Shown: positions 1 to 13,246, numbered from the stretch's first letter. The stretch: 64,000 nt of DNA from Octopus sinensis (GCF_006345805.1 NC_043002.1:80042001-80106000), one strand, 5' to 3'. Translations and numbers: made by a program. Notes: a model not told the origin generated them from the sequence alone.

Positions 1-74
1 AAGAGAGAAACCTGGAATGACACTGTAACCATGCTCAAAGTATTCGTTAATCAAACATTTCAAAGACAATACCG

Positions 75-330
75 CTAACCTTCCTCAGGGTATGGCATGA
101 GAGTTTTCTTTATGTATTTGAAACCTATACTATCATGAATTCACTTCAAGATCGTCTTGACGGTGTGTACATCAGGATCTTGACGAGTACTCATAACATC
201 ACATACGCTAGCCTAGGACAGGAGTCGAAGGATTAAATATGTTGACACACCCCACTCAAATCTTCTACTGTTGTTCAAGCTGGGTATGTTTTCGATCACC
301 AATGCTATTATGGTCTATTGCACGCCATAT
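75..330 (+). mobile_element. Highly degenerate non-LTR retrotransposon remnant (post-RT region, RTE/Proto2-like)
   Basis: Frame from ~78 reads LTFLRVWHESFLYVFETYTIMNSLQDRLDGVYIRILTSTHNIT, resembling the post-RT motif FRATVESxLLYGxETWTxTKxLxxRLDGxYTRxLRxALNISW. Stops and frameshifts follow. Clade assignment is from recalled motifs. Confidence 0.5.
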
Positions 331-878
331 AAAATACTGTATTTTGAAAAAAAATGCACACATTGTTAGGAAGTGAAGCCACTGGACTGTATTGATGTTA
401 TTAGTAGAGAAAAAACAACAAAATTTATGACCTACGAATGATAGTAATGAACAGCTATTCCTGACGCAGCACATCGGACTGCTTACAGCAAATAAAATTT
501 ATCCTTGAGTTTAAATGTACTCCAGTGTTCGAACTCTTAGCTTAGAGATTCAGACAAGGCCAGAGATAGGTATAAATAGTTAAACTTACTAAAAAATGTC
601 TGGACAACCAGACAACATATTGACAATGATTCCAACATCCATTTCGATATTTGGTCAGCATCACAGACAAATAATGGATCGGAATTATAGTGAGTAAGCC
701 ATAAGAGTTAGGTGGTATCAAGCAAAGGAAGGGGTGTTTTTGATGGTTTTTCTGTGTTGGTGGATGACAATAGTAATGGTTGACCGTAAGCTGGTATGGA
801 TTGCTGGTGATGGTGGTTGTCAGGGGTTCACGCTGAGTGATGCACAATCGGTAGTAAAGGTGATAAATGATTGTAGTT

Positions 879-1110
879 ACTCTTTTACCCTATTACTTGT
901 TTCAGTCATTTGACTGCGGCCATGCTGGAGCACCGCCTTTAGTCGAGCAAATCGACCCCAGGACTTATTCTTTGTAAGCCTAGTACTTATTTTTTCAGTC
1001 TCTTTTGCCGAACCGCTAAGTTACGGGGACGTAAGCACACCAGCATCGGTTGTCAAGCGATATTGGGGGGAACAAAGACAGACAGAAACACACACACACA
1101 CACATACACA

Positions 1111-1193
<83 letters not shown>

Positions 1194-1344
1194 GACGAGA
1201 TTCTTTCAGCTTCCGTCTACCAAATCCACTCGCAAGGCTTGGGTCGGCCCGAGACTATAGTAGAAGACACTTTCCCAGGGTGCCACGCATTGGGACTGAA
1301 CCCGGAGCCATGTAGTTGGTAAGCAAGCTGCTTACTACAGAGCC
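879..1344 (-). mobile_element. SINE family A (tRNA-derived, CORE-like), with internal (CA)n(TA)n microsatellite
   Basis: Reverse complement carries the family head (GGTAAGxAGCTTGCTTACC, B-box-like GGTTCAGTCCC), body ACTATAGxCTCGGGCCGACC and tail GGCGGTGCTCCAGCATGGCC...CTGAAACAAGTAA. About ten homologous copies in the window. Confidence 0.9.
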
Positions 1345-1950
1345 ATGAATGTTTTTGTCAATATTAATTAACGTTATTGAGTAATGATTAACGATGTAGT
1401 TAATGGTCAAGAAAGGGGAACTGGTATAGTTATTAGAATGTTGCGCAGAATACCATGCAGGAATTAGCTTTGGCTTTCAACCTTTCAGTATCAATAAAAA
1501 AACAATTATAAAAATCTAAGGCGGTGAATTAACAGAATTGTAGAGGATCCGGGCAAGAAACATTGCGATTTCACTTTCATCACTTTTGCATCATGGCAGC
1601 AACTCCTGCGACGATCTGGTGCCAAGCTGTATCGGTTTAAGTCGGCGGCCTTTTCTTTATATAAACATCGGAGTCATGAAGGGTCGAGAATTGCACGTAG
1701 GAACAACAGCCAATTTTGCTGAAAATATTTTGCTGAGGCTTCACATTCAAATATAAAGATATGTTCAACAGTGAGCAACAAAGTTCCTTTGGTATTAAAT
1801 GGAGATTTTCGGTTAATGTTTATAATTCGTAAGACATAATGTACATTGCTTATAGATTATGAAAATGGCTTCAAATAGTTGTTATCGATGTCCCTTCTTA
1901 AACCCAGGTCAACCTTGGGCTTCCAGTAGAAAGAATTATATCTGATAGGG

Positions 1951-2135
1951 AAGGTTGCGAGATGGCAGAATCGTTAGCACGCTGGACGGCATGTTTAGCG
2001 GTATTTCGCCCGTTGCTGCGTTCAGAGTTCAAATACCGCCGAGGTCGAATTTGCCTTTCATCCTTTCGGAGTCGATAAATTAAGTAGTTCCCTCCTCCAA
2101 ATTTCAGGCCTTGTGCCTGTAGTAGAAAGGATTAT
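1951..2135 (+). mobile_element. SINE family B monomer with tail type T1
   Basis: Head GCGAGxTGGCAGAAxCGTTAGCAC, B-box GAGTTCAAATxCC, central GCCTTTCATCCTTTCGGxGTCGATAAATTAAGTA, tail AAATTTCAGGCCTTGTGCCTGTAGTAGAAAGG. Confidence 0.85.
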
Positions 2136-2449
2136 ATCTGGTAAGGTACTGTAGTTTTTGAGTGTAAAGAATGTGAGAGGAACATTTGCAAAGCTGATTC
2201 GACTATAAAAACTGCTATCAGGTTGACTCTATGCCCGCTAGCCTTAGGTGTATTACAAATTAATGAGTTTCAGAGATATTGCATCCAATTACGGGTTACT
2301 AAGTCAGATATAATTCAAATTTATGAGATATGTAGTACTTACTTGTCAGACCAATCCGAATCTTTCTTTACATAAATCAAACTTTTTTTCTTTTTACTTG
2401 TAGTTCGTCGTCCTCCTAGATGTGTAGCAAGAATTGTATATAAAATAAC

Positions 2450-2491
<42 letters not shown>

Positions 2492-2834
2492 TATATGTGC
2501 ATGTAGTATGTATATGTATGTATGTATGTATATGTATGTATATATATTGCAATATATACATATATATATGTATATATATATGTGTGTGTGTGTGTTTATA
2601 TATGTATATTATTCTACACCATACAACATTACACAGCACATCACAACACACCACCCACAGCACACCACCCACACACCCATCCCCACATATTTACACCTAC
2701 ACATACATACACATATCACATCACAACACACAACCCACACACCCATCCCCACATCTCCACACCCACACATACATATACACACACACACGTCCAGACCACC
2801 AGCCCTCTTTCACACGCACATACATACTCTCTTT

Positions 2835-3130
2835 TACACACACGCACCTTTGTGTTGGGGGCACCTTCGTATTGGAAGTCACTTGACCATGTTATCTCCC
2901 CTACTGTCCCTCTCGTATCTGACCACTGTCCGAAGTCAGGACGCCATGATAGATCGTTAGCGCCTACACGCAATTTTTCCTCTTCTTGTTTTTTTCCGTG
3001 TATCTTTCTGTCGAAGAGCGTAGGCTCGAAACGTAAAAAACTTTTTCTATTCCTGAGCGTTATACTAATACATTTGTTTGTCTGTACTCCACCTGCCTTC
3101 GTCTTTTGTTTCTTTTCGTAAACTTTCCCT
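2835..3130 (+). mobile_element. Short Penelope-like (pLTR-type) non-autonomous element with hammerhead-like motif, copy 1
   Basis: CTGTCGA-A-GAGC-GTAG-GCTC-GAAACGTA at 3008-3035, then a T-rich 3' end abutting (TA)n. Homologous to 31540-31910 (minus) and similar to 28985-29250. Confidence 0.65.
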
Positions 3131-3150
3131 TCATATATATATATTATATA

Positions 3151-3202
<52 letters not shown>

Positions 3203-3215
3203 AAATCAATATATA

Positions 3216-3259
<44 letters not shown>

Positions 3260-3276
3260 TATATATATATACATAC

Positions 3277-5737
3277 ATTGGCCAACAAGAGGTGAGAATG
3301 TCTTGGACCTCTGTTTCACAAGCAACCCGATGCTCATCCACAACATAATGGTAACACCAACAATTCTCTCAGATCAACAACTTAGTAGAGGTAATGATTA
3401 TGGTATGAGAGAGTAGTTGAGACGCAGCCATTAGAAAATACCACAGGCCTATCCAGTCTAAACTTCCATAAGGCAAACTGGAAGAAGATCAACGAAGAGA
3501 TCCGAAAACATGACTGGAGTGACTTCATCACCACACAAGACACCAACACACATTTCCAACATTTCATGACAACAATACAGAACATATGCCATAAGTTTGT
3601 CCCGAGAAAAAAGCCAGCCGGGCATAGGAACGTTATTCCCAGAGACAGGAAAATACTTATGAGGCGAAGAGCTAAGCTCTCGAAGCAAACTGAATGCACG
3701 GCAGAGAAACAATGAGGGACTCCACCTGAAACTTTTTGAAACGGAAAACTGCACTCAAACTTTCCTATGAGAAGGGAGAGGGCCAGAGAGAGAAGCCAGG
3801 GCCATAGAGAATATTAAAACAAACCCTAAAGCCTTCTTTAATTTGCGAAAGAAACCACCTCGGTACACTGCAAGATTGGCCCCCACTCTTTGATAAAAAG
3901 GGCTCTCTAACTGAGGACCCCAAGGGATAAGTGAATTACTAAAGGAACAGTATAAAAGTGTGTTCACATCCCCTCTGGGGCACATGCAAATCACAACCCA
4001 GAAGTTTTCTTTGATGCCACAACACTCCAAAACCAAACAACAACCATCGACCACATAGACATAACAGAGAGGATGTAATATCTGCCATAGAAGAAGAAAT
4101 GAAATAACTCAGCTGCTGGACCAGATGGATTCCCAGCAGTCCTCCTAAAACATGCAGGCATGCCCTAGCGGACCACTGAAGAAACTCTCTCAGTGGTTCC
4201 TTGGCTAACGGTAAACTGCCCAGGGCGCTAAAAGAAGGCACCATATGCCCTATCCACAAAGAGGGAGTAGAGCAGAGGCCAAAACTACAGGCCAGTCTCC
4301 CTGACGTCACACATAAGTAGGTCATGGAACGAATCATCAGAAAAAAACTGATCACGTTCCTCGAAGAAACTAACCGTCTCACTGACACACAGCATGGCTT
4401 TCGCCCAGGAAGAAGCTGCCTTACGCAGCTGTTACAACACTACGACTGGGTACTGAAACAACTACTGGATCGCTCACAGGTGGATGTGGATATCTCGACT
4501 TTGCGAAGGCCTTTGACAAAGTCGACCAGAGTGATATGTCACAAATTAATCAGACTCGGCATAACAGGAAAGTAGGTGAGTGGATACATGACTTCCTGAA
4601 GGACAGAAGCCAGATGGTTGCAGCCAATGGAGCCCTCTCGGGAAAGAACCACCAATAGCAAGCGGGGTGCCACAGGGCACAGTCTTGGGACCCTTGCTGT
4701 TTTTGGTGGCGCTCTCGACATGCCCTTGGTAGCACAAACACATCCCTCACTAGCTATGCTGATGACACAAGGTAGCACAGGCAATAAAAAACCCAGCTGA
4801 TGCTGACCTTTTAAACAAGATCTGGATGCAGATACAAATGGCTGAAGACAACAACATGCAATTTAATGCTGGTAAATTCAAGCCTTACAATATCAAGCTG
4901 TAAACACATATACATTACAACACAACTTATACTGGTCCAGGAGGGATCGAAATCCCAGTATCGAATCAATACGGGACCGGGGGATAGACATGAGTGACGA
5001 TGCATCTTTTTCTCACACATCGCGAAGGTGGCGACAATGTGCAGACGACTCACTGGCTGGATCCTGAGGACATTCCGGACAAGAGACTGCGAGACCATGT
5101 TGACACTATGGAGGACATTTGTCCTAAGCCGCCTGGACTACTGCTCCCAACTGTGGTCACCGCATAGTGTCAAACTAACCACAGAGCTTGAGACAATCCA
5201 AAGACATTCACCAAGAGGATTTCCACCATGAAAGAAGAGAAACTATTGGGAGTGAGGCTTAGGGAACTCAATGTGTACTCCTTGGAACGAAGACGAGAGA
5301 GATATGCAGTGATATACATATGGAAAATCCTGGAGGGACTAGCACCAAATTTTGGAATTGAGAGCTGTTCCAATCCCCGTACAGGAACGTCACTGTGTGG
5401 TGCCAAAGGTCCCGTCTTCCCACATCCAGGGTAAGGAGCAGATACTGTAATAGCCTGGGGTTCAGGGGCCCTCAGCTGTTCAACAAACTGCCAAGAAAAC
5501 TAAGAGATCTACATGATGCGGATGTGGACATTTTCAAAAAACATCTAGACAAGCTGCTTTCCGGGATCCCAGATGAACCCCACTGCAAGGTACGAAGGTA
5601 ACCTAAGGGCAGCAGCTACAAACTCTCTTTAGATCAGTGGCCAACCACGGCAAACTGGACTTAGAGAGGGTAGCAAAAGGCGGTGCCCAGCATGGCCTCA
5701 GCCGGATGCTGCTGAAACAAGTAAAAGAGTAAAGAGT

Positions 5738-5738
<1 letters not shown>
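3277..5738 (+). mobile_element. 5'-truncated CR1-like LINE (end of APE domain, RT, C-terminal region, 3'UTR), frameshifted
   Basis: PTRGENVLDLCFT...ILSD (APE end); AGPDGFPA; QHGFRPGRSCLTQLL; frameshifted DFAKAFDKVD; frameshifted YADD region (GCTATGCTGATGAC ~4753); SRLDYCSQLWSP; LNVYSLERRRERY; GPQLFNKLP...FKKHLDKLL. Ends in an AAAAGAGT tail. Confidence 0.92.
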
Positions 5739-5788
<50 letters not shown>

Positions 5789-6103
5789 GTATATATAATA
5801 TATATATGTGTGTTGTGTGGTGTGTGTGTGTAACATTTATTAGATGTGCTGAGTCCGTTTTTATTCCCTTTGTCGACTATTTGTATGTGTGTGTCTATGT
5901 ATGTGTGTTTGTGTATGTGAATACTGTTTTGTTGTGTTTACATCTCCGGTGTTGTTATGTTTACATCTCAGTTACATATCGATTTGATAAAATAGACCAA
6001 TAGAATAGGTACAAGAAAAGTGTTGGAATCGATTCGTTAGACTAAAACCCTTTCCAGAGTCTAACGAATGTACGCACTAAAATATAAAAGTCATACATAT
6101 ACG

Positions 6104-6455
6104 GGCGCAGGAGTGGCTATGTGGTAAGTTGCTTGTTTACCAATCACATGATTCCAGGTTCATTCCCACTGCGTGGAACCTTGGGCAAGTGTCTTCTACT
6201 ATAGCCTCGGGCCGACCAAAGCCTTGTCAATGGATTTAGTAGACGGAAACATATGTGTGTGTGTATATTTGTGTGTCTGTGTTTGTGCCTCCACCATCGC
6301 TTGACCACCGCTTTTCGTTTGTTTACGAAAAAAGAGACCGATAGAATAAGTACTAGGCTTACATAGAATAAGTCCTGATGACGATTTGTTCGACAAAAGG
6401 CGGTGCTCTAGCATGGCCGCAGTCAAATGACTGAAACAAATATAAGACTAAAAGA
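6104..6455 (+). mobile_element. SINE family A
   Basis: GGCGCAGGAGTGGCTATGTGGTAAG head, ACCTTGGGCAAGTGTCTT core-like segment and family tail. Confidence 0.9.
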
Positions 6456-7117
6456 ATAATAGAATGTACATTATGCATTTATGCTTATCTACGTAAGAGT
6501 GTCTGTGCGCAACATAGATTTGCATACATATACCACGATAGGTATGACTTCCTCCATTTTTGTAACGTCTGCAGATTTTAGACGTACCTTAAATACAAAT
6601 TCGTGTGGAGGTTCGTAAATGCATTCGTGAACCAAGCACACAGACACACATACACACAGAGATTTGCTTGTATGTATTAAAATGTAAGAGACTGCTGTCT
6701 ATTTCGCCCAGGCTGGTCTGTTCATATCATGTTTGGAGATTTCAAATTTTATTTTAGTTTAATTTAGTCTGCACGGATATTTAAAAGTATGGGCGCATAA
6801 TTTTCTTTCGCGCACGATTATTGTCGGCTATGCTAATGTGCATATATAAGCGATGAATTTTAAATGTATGTACATAAGTCAACGGCCATTCAGTTGTTCC
6901 GAATGTGTATGCTTATATCCATTATATGTATATGTATGTATATATATATATATATATAGATATATATAGTATATATATATATTATATATATTATATACTC
7001 GGAAGAGGATGAGTGGCGTCAATCATATGGTAATATAAATAATTATAACATATATGCATATATACATACCTATATGTACATACTTATATCTATACGTATA
7101 TATATATGCATATGTGT

Positions 7118-7876
7118 GCACAGGACGTCATGAAACGTGTACAACAATAAATAATACGAAGTATGAGTATATGGGATATGAACTATTTTTTCGAACAGCA
7201 AAAGACACAAATGGAAAACAAAACAAACAACATAAGGAACGACCGCTCATCAGTTGTCTACTCTCGTATTTCGAGCATTTAACAACAATATACACTTTCG
7301 ATAAAACAGATGCTCCCACAAAGCAAATTAAATACAATTTGGGATTTTTGCAGAGGGTCAAATTTGCTAACACAAACAGGACAGTGAAAATAAACAAGAA
7401 CGGCTACTAAGCCTAAACGTCGTGGTGGTGGCGAACGCGTAGATCAAACTGGGACATGAGACAGACAAGAACATGTCGTCTTTGTTCCAGCTACAGCGGA
7501 GAGAAAGTTGTGTTCTTGTCGGTCTCCTGTCCAAGCTTGATTTACGTGTTCACCACCACTACCTCGTTTACCTTTAGCAGCCCTTCCTGTTTGTTTTCAC
7601 TGTCCTGTTTGTGTTACCAATTCTAACCCTCCGCAAAAATTTCAAAATTTAATTCATTTGCTTTGCGGGAGCAACTGTTTTATCGAAAGCGTATATTCTT
7701 GATAAATGCTCGAAATACGAGAGTAGAAAAACAGCCAACAACTGATGAACGGTTGTTATTTATGTTGTTTGCCTTGTTTTCCATTTGTGTCTTTTTTTGT
7801 TCGAAAAAATTGTTCATATTCCATGTACTCGTACTTCGTACTTCTTTTTTTGTACACGTTCCATGACGTCCTGTGC
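7118..7876. repeat. ~760-bp foldback: ~360-bp inverted arms, ~37-bp spacer, embedded in TA-rich microsatellite
   Basis: Outer ends GCACAGGACGTCATGAAACGTGTAC / GTACACGTTCCATGACGTCCTGTGC. Shared blocks CTACTCTCGTATTTCGAGCATTT, CTTTCGATAAAACAG and AACACAAACAGGACAGTGAAAA occur in both orientations. Arms pair inward to GACAAGAACA (7464-7473) / TGTTCTTGTC (7511-7520). Confidence 0.9.
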
Positions 7877-8019
7877 CTACATGTTCATATATATGTGTAT
7901 GTGTATATATATATATATATATAATACGTATAGATGTAAATATGTACATATGCGTATGTATATATATGAATATATTTATATATATATATGTATTTTATAT
8001 ATATAGACACACATATATA

Positions 8020-9264
8020 TTGGGTTTGCTTCTAAGTTCCCGCCATTTTTTAATTTTGGAATTTAAATTTATAGCGTTTTAAAACTTTGGAATCTCTTTT
8101 TTTTTCTAGTTAATTTTAGTTAAATTTTGTTTATTTTCAGAACATTAATATGTTGAGAAAAACGAACATTTTAGACACCTCCTTCTTTTTGCTTTTAATC
8201 AAGGTTCTAAGGCCGCAAAAGCTGCTCGCAACATTTGTGCTGTGTATGGAGAGAGTGCCATAGCTGAAAGAATTGCTCGTGATTGGTATGTCAAGTTCAA
8301 AAATGGAAATTTTGACCTCAAATTTGTACCTCGTTCTGGCCGTTCAGTTGAGTTCGATGAAGAGCGATTAAATCAACTTTTGCTCGAAAAATCTCGTCAA
8401 ACGACAAGGGAACTGGCAGAGAAAATGGAATGATCCCACACTGTTATAGCGAACCATCTTCACTCGATGGTAAAGGTTCAAATGTATGGAGTATGAGTTC
8501 CGTATGCTTTAAGTGACAACAACAAAAATCAACCAGCCTCAATCTCCGCTGGTTTGCTTGCTCGTCAACGCTTAAATCACGGACATAAGCAACGGTTTCT
8601 TTACCGAATCGTTACTGGCGACGAAAAATGGTGCCTGTACATCAATATGAATCAGCGTAAGGAATGGCTTAGCCCCGGTAAACAAGCGACACCGCGCGTG
8701 AAATAAGATCTTCATCGACGTAAAACGATGTTGTGCGTATGGTGGGACTGGGAAGGGATTATCCATTATGAATTGTTTGAACAGAACCGAACGGTCAACG
8801 CGGAACTCTATGTTCAACAGATGGAACGATTCAACACGGCTATTCACGAGAAAAGATCTAATCGTCAGCATGGTGTTCTTCTGCTGCACGACAACGTCCG
8901 CCCTCATATCACCAATATGACCAAGGAAGACATTCAAACGTATGGCTGGGAAGTGCTGCCATACCCGCCGTACTCTCCTGGTTTGGCACCAACGCATTTC
9001 CACCTCTTTCGATCTCTTTCAAATGCTATGTGCGGAGTTTCGTTCAATACTGATGCAGAATTGAGAGCATGGTTGGATCAATTTTTCAAGTCGAAATCGA
9101 GTGACTTCTACCAACGCGGTATTGAAAATCTTGTTGAACGTTGGAAAGAAGTTGTAAACGACAAGGGTAACTACATTATTGATTAATTAGTTGTTATTTT
9201 TTGTTAAACCTTTTTAAAAATTTAAATTTAAAAAAAAACGGCGGGAAATTAGTTGCCCACCTAA
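8020..9264 (+). mobile_element. Full-length mariner DNA transposon (1245 bp), non-functional
   Basis: TIRs TTGGGTTTGCTTCTAAGTTCCCGCCATTTTTT / AAAAAAACGGCGGGAAATTAGTTGCCCACCTAA, flanked by TA on both sides, with a transposase pseudogene inside. Confidence 0.95.
8150..9186 (+). pseudogene. mariner transposase pseudogene
   Basis: One frame throughout: EHFRHLLLFAF...WYVKFKNG (HTH), IVTGDEKW, HDNVRPH, YSPGLAPTHFHLF. In-frame stops at ~8431, ~8494 and ~8704; start region partly deleted; third catalytic Asp altered to His. Confidence 0.93.
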
Positions 9265-9764
9265 TATATATATACATATCTATATAAATAATTATATGGA
9301 TGTATATATGCTTATGTAAATATATATATATATGTATATATATATATATGCAACCACAAATGATGTATCTAGCTATTTGTTAGTTTTTTTCTGTCTATTT
9401 TTCCTTCTATTTATCTCTCTATTTATCACCATATCCATGTCTACCTACCTATGTAGCTATAAACGCGTGTTTTCAGCGCTTAAGTAAATTCTGAATAAGT
9501 ATTGCATATGTGTATGTAGATGTATGTGTATGTATGCGTGTGTACTTGTTTTCTTGTCACCCTGCTTATATATGTATGTGTGTTTCTCCTATGAATCTGT
9601 GTGCGTGTGTATGTATGAATTCATTTATGCATATGTGACTAGCGTGAAGAGTAGCAAGCTTGCATGCCTGTATATATATATGCAGCCGTATCTGCATGCA
9701 TAAATGCATGTTTATACATGTATATTTGCATGCATGCATACCATACATACATATATATCATAAA

Positions 9765-9796
<32 letters not shown>

Positions 9797-10837
9797 TATA
9801 TATATAGTATATATGTATATGTGTGCATGTGCGTGTATGTATGCATATATCTATATATATATACACACGTATATATATATATGCATGTATGAGGAGTACA
9901 TGCATGTGCATATCCGTGTATATGTGCCTTTGCATACATAGATATATGCTGTGGATGACTGTATGTGCACATATATGTAATATGATTGCGTCTATAAGTG
10001 TAAGTGTATATGTTGATGTATGTATATAGGCAAGCGGCAGTTCAAAGATAGGTCTCTGACTGAAAATCAATAAGAGACGCGGTGAATAATAAAAGTGTCT
10101 TTGATGTTTGAGCCGAGCTAAAGTTGCAGTGTTCGTCAAAGACCAGCAAAGGATTCTTATTGACTAAATATCGAAACAACACTGACTGGCTGAGAAAAAA
10201 ATAACAATTTACCAAGAAATATGCTGCATGTTCGTCTTCTTCCCTATATACATACACTCGCAGACAGATACATACATGTACGCAGGTACACGGACAGACA
10301 GACAAAAACACGCATAGATGCACACAGACGTAAGGACGTATTCATACGTACATATATATACACACGCCCTTATTTATATGCATATATGTGCATATGTATG
10401 TAGGCTTGTATGTATGCATATGTATAAGTATTCGTGCATATGTATATATGTGCATATATATATATGTATAGATATATATACACATTTATATCTATATATA
10501 TATAATATGTGTGTGTGTGTGTGGTGTGTGTGTATGTATACATACACAAACACACACACAGATATCTAGAGAGAGAGAGAGACAGAGGGAGAGAGAGAAT
10601 CAGCGACGTAATTAGACAAATAAACGTTCGTGTCCATGTGAGATATGTCCATGTACATTTGCGAGAGTGCATGTATATATATATAATTATATATATATAT
10701 ATCTATATATATATATGCGTGCGGTGTGTTGTGAGTAATGTCTGTCCTCAATTATATAATATGTATAAGCTCATACGTTGGATGTGTTTATATATAAATA
10801 CATATATATTATATATATATATATATATAATATATAA

Positions 10838-11076
10838 TATTTCTTTACTACCCACAAGGGGCTGGGCTAAACACAGACGGGACAAACAAGGTCAGACAAA
10901 CGGATTAGGTCGATTATATCGACCCCAGTGTGTAACTGGTACTTAATTTATCGACCCCGAAAGGATGAAAGGCAAAGTCGACCTCGCGGCGAATTTGAAC
11001 TCGGAACGTGACGACAGACGAAATACAGCTACGCATTTCGCCCGGCGTGCTAACGTTTCTGCCAGCTCGCCGCCTT
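10838..11076 (-). mobile_element. SINE family B monomer with tail type T2
   Basis: Reverse complement: AAGGCGGCGAGCTGGCAGAAACGTTAGCAC...GCCTTTCATCCTTTCGGGGTCGATAAATTAAGTACC...CCCTTGTGGGTAGTAAAGAAATA, inside (TA)n. Confidence 0.9.
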
Positions 11077-11094
11077 TAAATATATATATATATA

Positions 11095-11162
<68 letters not shown>

Positions 11163-11168
11163 TATATA

Positions 11169-11251
<83 letters not shown>

Positions 11252-11674
11252 TATATATATAATATATTGCATATTCATACACACACTCAGAGACATACAC
11301 AGACGCTCGCACTCACTCACTCACACACACAGAAGTACATTAAGCACGAGAAAATGTCCAGTGTAATACGAACTGGTAAGCCGAATATTAATCCAGTTGT
11401 GTAAATATCTGGAGAATCTGGTTAAACTATGCATGTCGAAGAATTGAACACGGTGTAAAAAGCACCAAAACATCCATATTCCATGCATGTATTCCACTCC
11501 ACGCGATATAATAAAAAAAAGGATATATTCTAAAACGAAAACAAGCACATTCCAAAAGAAATACGAACAGCAGTCATTCACGTAAAGACGCATACATACA
11601 CAACTTTAGATTCACACAATAAACATGCACATACAGATCCACACACGTACTCACTCTTACGCAACAACACAACG

Positions 11675-11714
<40 letters not shown>

Positions 11715-12068
11715 CACCCTTCATGTATACACGCATACATGCAATTGAAACTCTTACACTTTACCTGTCCTCTTGTCTCCTATAGCCGAAATGACTTTGT
11801 TGCACGTCATTTTGAAATTATTTCAAAGTTGAACTGAAATTATTCTACACGTTAATTCTTTTATTTTTCCTTATTTTTTTTTTCATTCTGTCCCTTTACT
11901 TCTTTTTCCTTTTGTTCTTACATATTGATGATTGGTTCTCGTCCGAAAAGTTCAGCATTGAAAAAAAGTGGTTATTCGACAAGTAATAATATTATTTTAG
12001 ACCCTTCAATCTATATGGTTAACCACAACGACGACAACTATAATAAAAATAAAAACAATGACAATTAT

Positions 12069-12101
<33 letters not shown>

Positions 12102-12840
12102 GACACACACACATACAGGTTCACTGCTTGCGAACTGAAGAAGAGACTAATATGCTATATTGAATGCAAAGAGTAGAAATATCAGTTATTTTTACATTAA
12201 GACCACTAACATACGCAAACGTTTGACATGACTCTCCTGATGTTAATAAATAAATAAATTACTCGGTTGAGCTTTATAAAAGAGATGTGCAACTTTAAGC
12301 CATAGGACTTCATCAAAGAACAAAAAAGGGGAGATCATCATGTTTTTTTTATACGTGTAATAAAATACATTCCAACTGTGTCCAACTCATATTTTCTTGA
12401 GTGCAATGAACTCAACACGAAAATATTCTCATGTCTTTTATAAGATGGCATTGTAAGATTTGATTCAGATTTTGTTGCTATTTGTAGCAGGGGTGATCGA
12501 TCAAGTAGTGACCCTTGCAAGATTTTTTTTTTTTTTTTGCTTTTATTATTTTGTATTTGGCGAGTGTTACTCATATTAATAACCTGTCAATTCTCATATA
12601 TATTTAGATGATATTTAATTACGTAGCTGCATGAAGAGATTCTTTATAGAATCTCTGCATGAAAAAATACAAGATAAGGTCTATAAGCAGTTATTAAAGA
12701 AGATACTAAATTCTGGCTGAATTCAGCCCCAACAATGTTTTATTTTAATGACATGGCTAAATCAGGGTAGGAAACATAGTGATGTTGATCTTATTTAGCT
12801 ATGTGTCTTTTATGTTTAGAAACTTAAATTACATTCTTTT

Positions 12841-13246
12841 TTATTCTAGGCACAAAACCCCCCAATTTTTTTTTTTTTTTTTGGTGGGGGGCAGTCGATT
12901 AGATAGACCCCAGTACGCAACTGGTACTTAATTTATCGACCCCGAAAGGATGAAAGGCAAAGTCAACCTCGGCGGAATTTGAACTCAAAACGTAAAGACA
13001 GACGAAATACCTATTTTTTTTACTACCCACAAGGGGCTAAACATAGGGAGGACAAACAAGGACCGACAAACGGATTAAGTCGATTAGATCGACCCCAGTG
13101 CGTAACTGGTATTTATTTAATCGACCCCCGAAAGGATGAAAGGCAAAGTCAACCTCGGTGGAATTTGAACTCAGAACGTAGCGGCAGACGAAATACGGCT
13201 TCGCATTTCGTCCGGCATGCTAACGTTTCTGCCAACTCGCCGCCTT
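12841..13246 (-). mobile_element. SINE family B dimer (head-body-T2 + body-T1)
   Basis: Two tandem bodies joined at GACGAAATACCTATT (13001-13015). Confidence 0.88.

Noticed and set aside
7705-7755. GCTCGAAA...GTA...CTGATGA as a permuted type II hammerhead in the foldback arms
   Set aside because: The bases after CTGATGA do not pair with those before GAAA, and no consistent stem I forms in the three copies.
7118-7876. Foldback as a long-read chimera artefact
   Set aside because: The arms differ by many substitutions and indels, which a read fold-back artefact would not produce.
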